Assembly: GCA_049699975.1 (NCBI GenBank)
Contig: JBNAWB010000003.1
Location: forward strand, 1 to 46,078
Origin: Thermodesulfobacteriota bacterium
GTDB lineage: Bacteria > Desulfobacterota > SM23-61
Direction: 5' to 3'
DNA length: 46,078 nucleotides
The notes beneath the pieces were generated by a model that had not been told where the DNA came from, ran no database searches, and saw nothing but the letters and a program-made list of their open reading frames with translations. The position numbers and the translations under genes were made by a program. This document shows, in pieces, positions 28,630 to 36,802 of the stretch (position 1 is its first letter; each line of letters starts with the position of its first letter).

Positions 28630-29634
28630 ATGAATGTAGAGCAACGCGTAGAAAGTAAAAGTAAAATTTTTGTCAATGAGCTGCAGCGCGGGCAAAGCAT
28701 TGAAAGTTATTTTCACGTGCGCGAGAAAAATTTAAACCGCACGAAATCAGGGATGCCCTATTTATCTTTGCGCTTAGCAGATAGAACGGGGGAGATTGAA
28801 GGGCGCATTTGGGATAATGCTCCGGAGTTCGCTTCTATCTTTGATGTCCAAGACTTTATCAAAGTTCGGGCCGAAGTAGAAGAATTTCAGGGAACCTTAC
28901 AGCTAAGGATTGTCAAATTACGCAGATGCTTGGCCGAAGAGATTAGGCTTGATGATTTTCTACCGCAAACTTCGGCCGACGTAGAAAAAATGTTTGCGGA
29001 ATTAAAAGGATTAGCCCATTTGGTTAAACAACCGTTCCTCTCTCAACTTCTGGACTCTTTTCTGGAAGACCCCGATTTTGGGCAAAAGTTTAAAAAAGCA
29101 CCGGCGGCCAAGAGCGTGCATCATGTTTATTTAGGAGGATTATTGGAACATACCTTAGCTGTAACCCAGCTTATCCTTCTCGTGGCTCCCCGTTATCCAG
29201 GGGTGAATCAAGACTTGCTCTTAACTGGAGGGATTTTACATGATATAGGTAAAATTGAGGAACTATCCATCAACCGTGTTTTCGATTATACTGATGCTGG
29301 TCGGTTACTTGGGCACATTGTCTTGACCGTAGAGATGGTAAATCAAAAAATAAAAGGCATCGCCGATTTCCCAGAAGATTTAGCGCTCTTGTTGGAACAT
29401 ATGCTCATAAGCCACCATGGAGATTTTGCCTTCGGCTCACCCAAACTGCCTATGACCTTGGAAGCTTTAATTTTGCACCATCTTGATGACCTGGATGCTA
29501 AAGTTAATGCTTTTTGGACCTGGATCGAAAAAGAAAAGGAACAGCCAGCGCGGTGGACTACTTATCATAAGCTCTTTGGCAGATATATATTAAAACCGGA
29601 GAATGCGGAACTGGACTTAGCTCAGGAGGGTTAA
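28630..29634 (+). CDS. OB-fold + HD-domain phosphohydrolase (YhaM-like 3'-5' exoribonuclease family)
   Basis: N-terminal OB fold (YLSLRLADRTGEIEGRIWD). HD motifs HHVYLGGLLEHTL and GGILHDIGK. RBS GGAGG upstream. Confidence 0.75.
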   Translation: MNVEQRVESKSKIFVNELQRGQSIESYFHVREKNLNRTKSGMPYLSLRLADRTGEIEGRIWDNAPEFASIFDVQDFIKVRAEVEEFQGTLQLRIVKLRRCLAEEIRLDDFLPQTSADVEKMFAELKGLAHLVKQPFLSQLLDSFLEDPDFGQKFKKAPAAKSVHHVYLGGLLEHTLAVTQLILLVAPRYPGVNQDLLLTGGILHDIGKIEELSINRVFDYTDAGRLLGHIVLTVEMVNQKIKGIADFPEDLALLLEHMLISHHGDFAFGSPKLPMTLEALILHHLDDLDAKVNAFWTWIEKEKEQPARWTTYHKLFGRYILKPENAELDLAQEG

Positions 29635-29641
29635 ATAGTTA

Positions 29642-30313
29642 ATGGTTAAGCATCAACCTCTTCATTCTTGGAAAGTAAGCCCCGCGGAGGCCAAGAATAT
29701 CCAATTAGAGCTCCGCCAGAAACTCCGGCTTTGCCCACCCCCTAATCCGTTGACCACTATTGCCGCGGGCGATATAGCTTATGGCCGCCAGGAGGCAAAG
29801 ACTTATGCTGGTTTTCTTCTTTTTACTTATCCTGACTTAAATATATTAGAGAAAGTTTTTGCGGCTGGAGAAGTTTCCTTTCCTTATATTCCTGCGCTAC
29901 TTACTTTTCGGGAAGCGCCGCTTCTCCTGCAGGCTTTTGACCAATTATCCAGGAAGCCGGACTTGATTATCTTGGACGGCCAGGGCATAGCCCATCCCCG
30001 ATCAATGGGCCTTGCTGCTCACTTGGGAATCATCCTCGATTTGCCCACCATCGGTTGTGCCAAGAGTTGCTTAGTGGGCACTTATGAAAATCTTCCTGCT
30101 TTTGCCGGGGCAAATGTGCCGCTCCTGTATAAAGACCAAGTGGTAGGTATGGCAGTGCGCACGCGTGCCCATGTGCGGCCAGTATTTGTTTCTCCTGGTC
30201 ATAAAATGGATTTGGAAAACGCGGTAAAGATAACTCTTTCCCTGTGCCGCGGCTATCGAATACCCGAACCCTTGCGCCAAGCCCATATTTTCGTCAATCA
30301 ATTGCGTAGCTGA
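29642..30313 (+). CDS. nfi: Endonuclease V (deoxyinosine 3' endonuclease)
   Basis: IAAGDIAY ... YIPALLTFREAP ... LDGQGIAHPRSMGLAAHLG, the typical Nfi catalytic motifs. Confidence 0.85.
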   Translation: MVKHQPLHSWKVSPAEAKNIQLELRQKLRLCPPPNPLTTIAAGDIAYGRQEAKTYAGFLLFTYPDLNILEKVFAAGEVSFPYIPALLTFREAPLLLQAFDQLSRKPDLIILDGQGIAHPRSMGLAAHLGIILDLPTIGCAKSCLVGTYENLPAFAGANVPLLYKDQVVGMAVRTRAHVRPVFVSPGHKMDLENAVKITLSLCRGYRIPEPLRQAHIFVNQLRS

Positions 30314-30348
30314 CCTTCGATCACTCTATTAAATTCCAGCGTAATGCA

Positions 30349-30425
30349 GGCGGGAGGGAGGCATAATTAAAATGACGCACCTGTTTCCTTTTGGTGAGAA
30401 ATATTGAAACTGTTAGACGGTCAGG
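30349..30425 (+). repeat. Short dispersed repeat, full-length unit (left + right modules)
   Basis: ggcgggagggaggcataattaaaatgacgcacctgtttccttttggtgagaaatattgaaactgttagacggtcagg. The left half matches 33232-33280 and 26830-26867. The right half matches 33132-33193 and 33460-33501. Confidence 0.7.
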
Positions 30426-30462
30426 CTGCGTAGCGAAGAAAAATAAGAGGAGGGAAATTTCT

Positions 30463-31524
30463 TTGCAGAAAAGAATCTTAGGAAAGACAGGATGGCCTCT
30501 TTCCATCATCGGGTTTGGGGCGATTAAACTGCCGCGCTTGAATAAAGAGGAATGCCGCTTCCTCCTCCACCGCGCTTTAGATATGGGCATTAATTTTATA
30601 GATACGGCTGATTGCTACGGAGACAGTGAAGAGAAGATCGGCCAGGTCCTGCAAGCCAGAAGAAAAGAGTTCTATTTGGCCACTAAGGTAGATGAAAGAG
30701 ATGCCCATGGTGTGCGGGCTAAATTAGAAAGATCATTGCGCAGGCTGCGTACTGACTGGATTGACTTACTCCTTTTTCACGATGTGCGTGGGGGAGAATA
30801 TGAAAAAATATTTACGGCCGGTGGGTTAGAAGAACTGCAGAAGGCTCAGCAGGAAGGGAAAATAAGGGCTATTGGTATTAGTATTCATGGCTCAATATCC
30901 ATGATGCGTCAGGCTATAGAGAATGGTGCCTTCTCCGCCCTCATGGTAGCTTACAGTGCTCTTGATGAAGATCGCTTGAGTGCCGATCTACTTCCTTTGG
31001 CGGCCGCTAAAGGGGTGGGTTTGATTGCCATGAAGCCATTAGCGGGGGGAAAGTTGGGCTATTTTCCTTCCTCAGGCTGGGATAGAAATTTATTTAAAGG
31101 AGAATCGCCGGCCCAGATCGCTCTCCGCTATGTTATTTCTAACCCTTACCTAACTTGTGCCATTCCCGGAATGATGTCCCTTCCTGAGCTAAAAGAGAAT
31201 TGCCGAGTTGGTCAAGAACCCCGGGATTTATCTTTGGCTGAACTAAAAAAATTTATGGAGATAGCCGCAGTGGCCGGCCAAGGATTTTGTCGGAATTGCG
31301 GCTATTGCCTGCCTTGCCCGGAAGGAATTCCTATTCCCGATATTTTTCGTTTTGAGAATTATTACCGCCACTATGGTCTTAAGGAATGGGCCAAACTTCA
31401 ATATAAGTCTCTACCCGTTAATGCCCAAGCTTGCTCTCATTGTCAACTTTGCCTGGAGCGTTGTCCTTTTGGCGTCGCTATTCCTCCTCAATTAAAGCTG
31501 GCGCACCAGATGCTTAATGACTAA
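30463..31524 (+). CDS. Aldo/keto reductase with C-terminal Cys-rich (4Fe-4S-type) extension
   Basis: Canonical AKR start LQKRILGKTGWPLSIIGFG at TTG 30463, 7 nt after GGAGGG. IDTADCYG. C-terminal CRNCGYCLPCP and CSHCQLCLERCP. Confidence 0.8.
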   Translation: MQKRILGKTGWPLSIIGFGAIKLPRLNKEECRFLLHRALDMGINFIDTADCYGDSEEKIGQVLQARRKEFYLATKVDERDAHGVRAKLERSLRRLRTDWIDLLLFHDVRGGEYEKIFTAGGLEELQKAQQEGKIRAIGISIHGSISMMRQAIENGAFSALMVAYSALDEDRLSADLLPLAAAKGVGLIAMKPLAGGKLGYFPSSGWDRNLFKGESPAQIALRYVISNPYLTCAIPGMMSLPELKENCRVGQEPRDLSLAELKKFMEIAAVAGQGFCRNCGYCLPCPEGIPIPDIFRFENYYRHYGLKEWAKLQYKSLPVNAQACSHCQLCLERCPFGVAIPPQLKLAHQMLND

Positions 31525-32039
31525 GTTGGAACTGCCCCCCGATCTTCGTCGGTAAGGGGCTCAATACCTATACTTGCTAACCAAGCCATAACATTTTTCT
31601 TTTCTTTTTCATTTTTAAACTTCAGCCATTCTTTTTCAATCTCTGGGGCCTCTTGCAAGATTTCCCTAAATTTGCGCCAAATTCCCTTCCCGTGCATGGA
31701 CAAGATGATCTTTTCTTTTATTTTTGGGTCATTAATTTTTTCGGCGAATTCTAATATATCGTTAAATCCTTCTTTCCTCTTTTTTATGGGAATTTCTACA
31801 TAGCGGGGGTTTCCTCCCAGAATATCCTTAGCCAAGTCAACTAATTTCAATTGCCCCTTAGGCAGAGACTTTAAAAGTTCCTCGTCCTCCAGAGCATCTA
31901 TTACTTCTCGGGGAAGCATGATGGTTTCCCCGTTTTCTATATCTAAATAATAATTCTGATCAAGTCGATCTTGATCATCCATGCAGATGGCGATATACTC
32001 CAAGTCTACTTTTAATTTCCGCAAAATCGGCCTCCGCAT
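31521..32039 (-). CDS. Hypothetical protein, UPF0158-like
   Basis: 172 aa. YYLDIENGETIML ... RYVEIP ... GKGIWRKFREIL ... WLKF recalls UPF0158 from memory. Its stop codon overlaps the convergent AKR stop. Confidence 0.5.
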   Translation of the reverse strand: MRRPILRKLKVDLEYIAICMDDQDRLDQNYYLDIENGETIMLPREVIDALEDEELLKSLPKGQLKLVDLAKDILGGNPRYVEIPIKKRKEGFNDILEFAEKINDPKIKEKIILSMHGKGIWRKFREILQEAPEIEKEWLKFKNEKEKKNVMAWLASIGIEPLTDEDRGAVPT

Positions 32040-32073
32040 AAAAACTGATGTTTAAGAAAATTTTGCCCCTTTT

Positions 32074-32583
32074 TCACCAGGGGTAGTAAGGTGGTGACCA
32101 AAAATATGGCCGTTCCCCATACCAAGGATATAAGGGCGCATAATCAACCCTTTTTGGCCAAAGTTTAATTTCTTGGGCTATGATGATGGGGTAAGTATAA
32201 AAAAATTCTCCTATAGGTAATACTTCTTTCCCTTCTATCTCTCCTATCACGGTAATCTCGCGGCCGCTTTGATAAATATCAGGATCTAAAAACCCTTTAT
32301 ATTTTACCATAAAGCGACCAGCAGTTTGATCCAGATTTTTAGGTCTTTTCCCCAGATCTAATTCTGCTTGCCTTACTAATAATATTGTTTCTTCAGGTTT
32401 ATTCTTCGTCTCTATAATTACTCCTCCTAATAAAACTTTGCGACCCTTATAGATGGTGGGGTCCTTTTTTATATTTGCCAAGGTTAGGGTAGAATCAATT
32501 TGTTGGCGTAATTCCGAGGAAAAGGGGAAACAAGAGCTTAGGAAAAAGAATGAAACTAAAAAGCACACCCATAGCCTAAGCAT
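32074..32583 (-). CDS. slp: Slp family outer-membrane lipoprotein
   Basis: Lipobox FLSSC. YKGRKVLLGGVII...QAELD...RP...QTAGRFMV...GFLDPDIYQSGREITVIG. Confidence 0.75.
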   Translation of the reverse strand: MLRLWVCFLVSFFFLSSCFPFSSELRQQIDSTLTLANIKKDPTIYKGRKVLLGGVIIETKNKPEETILLVRQAELDLGKRPKNLDQTAGRFMVKYKGFLDPDIYQSGREITVIGEIEGKEVLPIGEFFYTYPIIIAQEIKLWPKRVDYAPLYPWYGERPYFWSPPYYPW

Positions 32584-33074
32584 TAAAAAGTTCCTCCGAG
32601 GCCAATGCCGAAATGAAAAAACACACCACTTTTAGATTCTTCTGGCCAAAGATGAGCTTCTTTTATTTTTAGGACAGGATAGTGATATTCTTTTTCGCCG
32701 ATCGAAAGAGTTTTTCGCCCACTTATTAAGCCAAGTACTGTAATTTTTCTCCCCGGAGAAAAAATAGCCGGGTCATGAAAATCGGCGAAAAATGCTAAAA
32801 ATCGCCCAGCAGACTCATCAGTTTCCTTCGGTTTCTTTCGCCAATCTAAGGGGAGTTGCAATACTTCTATCCAAGTTACTCCTTCTTTAATTTCCGCCTT
32901 TATAATTCTCCCGCCCAAGATCATTATTTTTCCCGTATATCTTTCAGGGTCATTAATCAATGCAGCAAGGGTGAGTTCATAATCAACTTCTTTCATTTTT
33001 TCTTTGTTGAATATTGGCGCACAAGCAAAAAGTAAACATAGCAAAATTGGCCAGAGAAAATAATTCAATTTCAT
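32583..33074 (-). CDS. slp: Slp family outer-membrane lipoprotein (paralog)
   Basis: Lipobox LFACAP after MKLNYFLWPILLCL. YTGKIMILGGRII...QLPLD...SAGRFLAFF..FHDPAIFSPGRKITVLG. TAATG stop/start overlap with the downstream paralog. The ORF track extends to 33113. Confidence 0.75.
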   Translation of the reverse strand: MKLNYFLWPILLCLLFACAPIFNKEKMKEVDYELTLAALINDPERYTGKIMILGGRIIKAEIKEGVTWIEVLQLPLDWRKKPKETDESAGRFLAFFADFHDPAIFSPGRKITVLGLISGRKTLSIGEKEYHYPVLKIKEAHLWPEESKSGVFFHFGIGLGGTF

Positions 33075-33131
33075 AACTTTTATTATACTGCAAATTTTAT
33101 GAATTTTTCCCATTTTTAATCATTCCTGCTT

Positions 33132-33193
33132 GCGTGCGCCTGTTTTCCCTCGTGAGAAATATTTAAAACTGTTAGATGGCCAGGGCATTTATT
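33132..33193 (+). repeat. Short dispersed repeat, right-half module
   Basis: gcgtgcgcctgttttccctcgtgagaaatatttaaaactgttagatggccagggcatttatt, roughly 85% identical by eye to 30374-30425. Confidence 0.7.
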
Positions 33194-33231
33194 TGATCGT
33201 CGATTACTTTTGAAATTCGTACCTAATTCGA

Positions 33232-33280
33232 ACGGGAGGGGGAGAGGCTCATTAAAATGAGGCACCGGTTCTTTCATGGG
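33232..33280 (+). repeat. Short dispersed repeat, left-half module
   Basis: acgggagggggagaggctcattaaaatgaggcaccggttctttcatggg matches 30349-30390 and 26830-26867. Confidence 0.65.
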
Positions 33281-33459
33281 AATAGGCAGGGAATAAAAGT
33301 GTCTATTTTAAAATAGGGAGTATTATTCCGGTTTTTATTTTCAAGACAAATTTATCCCCGCCGTGGATGGCGGAGAAAAGATGGGTAAGAAAGGAAATAA
33401 GCAATTCCCAGCCGATTTTAATTTCGCCGCTCCCCCTCTCTCCCGCCTAGCTCATGCCA

Positions 33460-33501
33460 GTGAGAAATATTTAAAACTGATCGATGTTCATGGCATTTAT
33501 T
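33460..33501 (+). repeat. Short dispersed repeat, right-half module, immediately upstream of a TTGACA box for the amidase gene
   Basis: gtgagaaatatttaaaactgatcgatgttcatggcatttatt matches 33152-33193. It is preceded at 33427-33447 by an inverted copy of the G-rich left-end motif. Confidence 0.65.
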
Positions 33502-33560
33502 ACTTGACAGAGTGGGCAAGATTTTGCTTAAAATCAAACCAAAATTATTAAGGAGGAGGG

Positions 33561-34991
33561 ATGACCATGAACCCTGAAGAATACGTCAAATATGATGCCC
33601 TCGGCTTAGCGGAGTTAGTGAAACGTAAAGAAGTAACCTCCAGAGAATTAGTAGAAGCGGCCATTTCTCAGGTGGAGCGTTTAAATCCTTCTCTGAACGC
33701 GGTTATTACACCCATGTTCGATCTGGCGCTTGATCAGGCAAGTGGAAAATTGCCCACCGGCCCTTTCTCTGGTGTTCCTTTTCTATTAAAAGACTTAGGA
33801 GCTTTCTGCGCCGGAGTGCGTTTAACTATGGGTTCGGCTTTTTTGCAAAACTTTATTCCTGACCATGATACTGAACTCGTCCTCCGCCTTAAACGAGCAG
33901 GGCTAATTATTATTGGGAAAACCAACACTCCTGAATTTGGGCTTTTGCCCACCACCGAGCCCCACCTTTTTGGCCCTTGCCGCAATCCGTGGGATAGAAC
34001 AAAGACTACCGGAGGATCCAGTGGAGGTTCGGCAGCAGCGGTAGCAGCAGGAATAGTGCCCATGGCTCATGCTAATGATGGCGGAGGTTCCATTCGCATC
34101 CCCGCTTCTTGTTGCGGAGTTTTTGGCCTTAAACCTACCCGCGCTCGTAACCCCCTGGGCCCAGATTTGGGAGATATGTATAGCGGCTTAATCGTCGAAC
34201 ATGCTGTTACTCGTTCGGTTCGTGATTGCGCCGCTCTTCTGGATGCCACTGCCGGCCCTGATTTAGGCGATCCATATTGGGCTCCGCCTCCTGCTCGGCC
34301 TTTTCTTGAAGAAGTAGGAAGCCCCCCAGGGAGATTAAAGATCGCTTTCGCCACCAAACCTTTTACAGATGTTAAAATTCATGAAGATTGCCTGAAGGCT
34401 GTAAAAGACGCTGCGGCTCTATGCCAGAACCTCGGGCATGAAGTTGAAGAGGCCTCACCTCAAGTCAATGGGACCCTTTTAACCCAAGCTTTTATGACGT
34501 TATTTTCTGGCGGATTAGCTTGGAGCATTGATGGTTTAAATTTAGCTTTGGGCCAAAAACCTTCCCCTGAATTTTTTGAACCCCTTACTTGGGCTTGCTA
34601 TGAAATGGGCCAAAAATATTCGGCCTCTGCTTATTTAATTTCTTTGACCCTCTTACAAAGAATTTCGCGGGAAATCGCCAGATTCTTTGAAAAATTCGAT
34701 CTATGGCTTACTCCCACTTTGGCCATGCCTCCTGTAGAATTAGGTTTTTTTGCTTCACCGCCGGAAGATCCTTTACGGGGGTTCCGCAGGGCAGCCGAAT
34801 TTATTCCTTTTACTCCTTTGGCTAATGCCACCGGCCAGCCTGCTATGTCCGTGCCCCTTTACTGGAATGAGGAGGGTTTGCCCATAGGCGTACATTTTCT
34901 TGGGCGTTTCGGCGATGAAGCCACGCTTTTTCGTTTAGCCGCCCAATTAGAGGCAGCTCGGCCATGGTGCAATCGCCGGCCCAAGATTTAA
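33561..34991 (+). CDS. Amidase (amidase-signature family)
   Basis: AS signature [14 protein letters not shown] ... [26 protein letters not shown] upstream. Confidence 0.9.
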   Translation: MTMNPEEYVKYDALGLAELVKRKEVTSRELVEAAISQVERLNPSLNAVITPMFDLALDQASGKLPTGPFSGVPFLLKDLGAFCAGVRLTMGSAFLQNFIPDHDTELVLRLKRAGLIIIGKTNTPEFGLLPTTEPHLFGPCRNPWDRTKTTGGSSGGSAAAVAAGIVPMAHANDGGGSIRIPASCCGVFGLKPTRARNPLGPDLGDMYSGLIVEHAVTRSVRDCAALLDATAGPDLGDPYWAPPPARPFLEEVGSPPGRLKIAFATKPFTDVKIHEDCLKAVKDAAALCQNLGHEVEEASPQVNGTLLTQAFMTLFSGGLAWSIDGLNLALGQKPSPEFFEPLTWACYEMGQKYSASAYLISLTLLQRISREIARFFEKFDLWLTPTLAMPPVELGFFASPPEDPLRGFRRAAEFIPFTPLANATGQPAMSVPLYWNEEGLPIGVHFLGRFGDEATLFRLAAQLEAARPWCNRRPKI

Positions 34992-35050
34992 TAATTTGGC
35001 GAGCAGATCCCCTCTTCATTGAGACTGTTTTGCAATGGAGAGAAATGGCT

Positions 35051-35287
35051 CCAGAGGCAGGCTTGCCTCCGGCATTCATTCAGAATCATGAGGCAGTGAT
35101 TCTTCCATGGAAAAAGGCGGCAGCAGTAGGGCAAGGGCTTGACCCTTGCCGTATTTGGCAAGCCATAAAGGCTTGCCCTACAAATTGATAAGAATATTTA
35201 AGCCGCCTGCCCTTTGCGGAAAAGCGCTGGTAAATTTTAAAAATCTTCTTCTCCCGCCGATGCTTCTTCATTCATGCCTGCCTCTGG
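35051..35287. repeat. Inverted 12-mers flanking two perfect hairpins in the amidase/epimerase convergent spacer
   Basis: ccagaggcaggc (35051-35062) and gcctgcctctgg (35276-35287). Hairpin ggcaagg/ccttgcc at 35130-35150. Hairpin ggcaagcc-ataaa-ggcttgcc at 35157-35177. Confidence 0.4.
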
Positions 35288-35332
35288 CCTGCCTCCGGAT
35301 TGTCAACAAAAGATAGCTGTTTATTAATCTTT

Positions 35333-35779
35333 TTATCCCCAGACGGTGATCATTCTTTTTTCCGGAGAAGCATTTTTATATTCACCGAGCCATTCAAAGA
35401 CTTGAAGAATTACCCCGAGAGGGTTTCTGGGGCCAACTAAGACCTCTCGTCTAACTCCAGGGATTTCTGAATAATTAAAAGTTTTTAGGCCTTGCGCATT
35501 AAAATGCTGGATGAAGTCATCTAAATTTTCTACCTCCATCCCCAGATGCTGCATAGTTTCTCCAAATTTTTCGATGTGCTTGGCCACGAAGCCATCTGGA
35601 CTGGTGGGTTCTAAGAAGGAAAAAGTGCTCTCCCCCACTTGCATAATGGCCACTTTGTACTTCCCTTCTTCATTTACTTTTTCCACGATAAACTTAGCGC
35701 CAAAAAGTTCGATCATTCTTTTCTTAGTTTCCTCTAAATTGCGCACGGCAATAGCTATATGATCAACTTTTTTAAACAT
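35333..35779 (-). CDS. VOC (glyoxalase/bleomycin-resistance fold) protein, methylmalonyl-CoA epimerase-like
   Basis: MFKKVDHIAIAVRNLEETKK start and metal-ligand-like H/E positions (HIAI, HLGMEV, FEW). Confidence 0.7.
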   Translation of the reverse strand: MFKKVDHIAIAVRNLEETKKRMIELFGAKFIVEKVNEEGKYKVAIMQVGESTFSFLEPTSPDGFVAKHIEKFGETMQHLGMEVENLDDFIQHFNAQGLKTFNYSEIPGVRREVLVGPRNPLGVILQVFEWLGEYKNASPEKRMITVWG

Positions 35780-36003
35780 GCTCTTCCTCCTCTATAATAA
35801 TTTTAAGGTTCTCTCCAAGCCTATATGAGTTATCGATATTTTTCCAGCAAAATTTGTCGGTTCTTATATTCATTTTAATGAAAAGAGGATGATTTCTTAA
35901 TGAGCCCATTTTATTTTACCCCCACCCTGCCCTGGGGGGTAAACTTTGATACTCCACAAGGGAAACCTTCTCCGCGGTGAGACTTAATAGCCATCCCTTT
36001 TTT

Positions 36004-36104
36004 ATCATGGCGAGCAAGCCCGCACCTGAGGCGGGGAAGCATGGTCAGCTCTTTATTTTCCATTCATTACGAGATCGCCACGGTCGTTAGGCTCCCTCGC
36101 GATG
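36004..36104 (+). repeat. 101-bp GC-rich repeat element, copy 2
   Basis: See 26396-26496. The flanking module acccccaccctgccctggggggtaaacttt (35918-35947) also recurs at 26317-26349. Confidence 0.8.
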
Positions 36105-36445
36105 ACCTTACGCCCCAACTTCGCTGGCTTAATAAACCCACCCTTCAATGAGCCATTACCAGTTCATCTTTTAAAGAGCTCTGAAAAGGTGCTTAAAGAA
36201 TTTTAGGAGTCATTTCTTCCATTCATGAAACTAAGAGGAATGCAGTTGTTTTTAAAGATTTTGTACTCTTGCTTTTGCCGCAAGGACGGGCAAATAAATT
36301 TTTAGAACTTACTTTTAAAGCGGGGAAATTATTCTTTTTTACCTCCCCCATGAAGAATATTTCCCTTAATTTCAGCCTTAAATTAATCCTAATAATTTTA
36401 AGTATTTAAGCTACTAACCTTATGGTTGCCGGTTCTAAATTTGCT

Positions 36446-36530
36446 TGACAAATTGTCATGAATATAAATCATAAAAAAATTAAATTGACATTTTTTCATA
36501 AAAAATTTATCCAAAGCTGACATTTTGTCA
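36446..36530. promoter_or_regulatory. Three TGACA-N3-TGTCA palindromes (UAS/operator-like)
   Basis: TGACAAATTGTCA at 36446-36458 (perfect arms). TGACATTTTTTCA at 36486-36498 (one mismatch). TGACATTTTGTCA at 36518-36530 (perfect). Spacings are 40 and 32 bp. They lie 107-190 bp upstream of the sigma-54-type promoter. Confidence 0.5.
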
Positions 36531-36636
36531 AAAAATGAGCAGGGAAGCCGTCATTAATTTTTAAAGTTTTCTTAAAATTAATAACAATTTCAATATTTTG
36601 AATTATTTTAAAGGAATGGTCGCTCCCAAATTAAAG

Positions 36637-36653
36637 TGGCAAGATTCTTGCAT
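36637..36653 (+). promoter_or_regulatory. Sigma-54 (-24/-12) type promoter
   Basis: TGGCAAGATTCTTGCAT against the consensus TGGCACG-N4-TTGCW. The GG and GC dinucleotides have the exact spacing, and there is one mismatch in the -24 hexamer. Confidence 0.6.
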
Positions 36654-36668
36654 ATTAATAATAAAAAA

Positions 36669-36774
36669 AGAAGGGGTTCGATCTCCACCGGCTACAAAAG
36701 AGCGAACTCCCCTGCTCAAATGTGACTGGCAACCCAAAAAACCCTCCTCCATTAGATCGAGCCCCTTCTTTTTT
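36669..36774 (+). ncRNA. Structured 5' leader or candidate small RNA: a 16-bp closing stem, then a T6 run
   Basis: agaaggggttcgatct (36669-36684) pairs with agatcgagccccttct (36754-36769), giving 15 Watson-Crick pairs plus 1 G-U. The flanks are an A7 run upstream and T6 (36769-36774) downstream. The 69-nt interior is C-rich and contains ccctcctcc (36742-36750). Confidence 0.35.
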
Positions 36775-36802
36775 ACCCTTTAGCGGAACTTTTTAAGGAG
36801 GC

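Noticed and set aside
30391-30462. ORF-track N-terminal extension of the aldo/keto reductase.
   Set aside because: It runs through the dispersed repeat unit. The canonical AKR N-terminus starts at TTG 30463, just after GGAGGG.
33363-33551. 62-aa + strand ORF upstream of the amidase gene.
   Set aside because: It is built from repeat modules (33427-33501) and ends in the amidase promoter/RBS region. It shows no coding signature.
34964-35271. Two overlapping short ORFs (74 aa on + and 61 aa on -) in the amidase/epimerase spacer.
   Set aside because: They exclude each other, have no motifs, and coincide with the hairpin and inverted-repeat structure.
26300-36200. Dispersed repeats considered as a possible CRISPR array.
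   Set aside because: Copies are imperfect, differ in orientation, are irregularly spaced by kilobases and are separated by genes. No cas genes are present.
36673-36690. GGGGTTCGATCTCC resembles a tRNA T-arm (GGTTCGA).
   Set aside because: The would-be T-stem pairs at only 2-3 positions. No acceptor, D or anticodon arms can be drawn around it, so it is not a tRNA or tmRNA.
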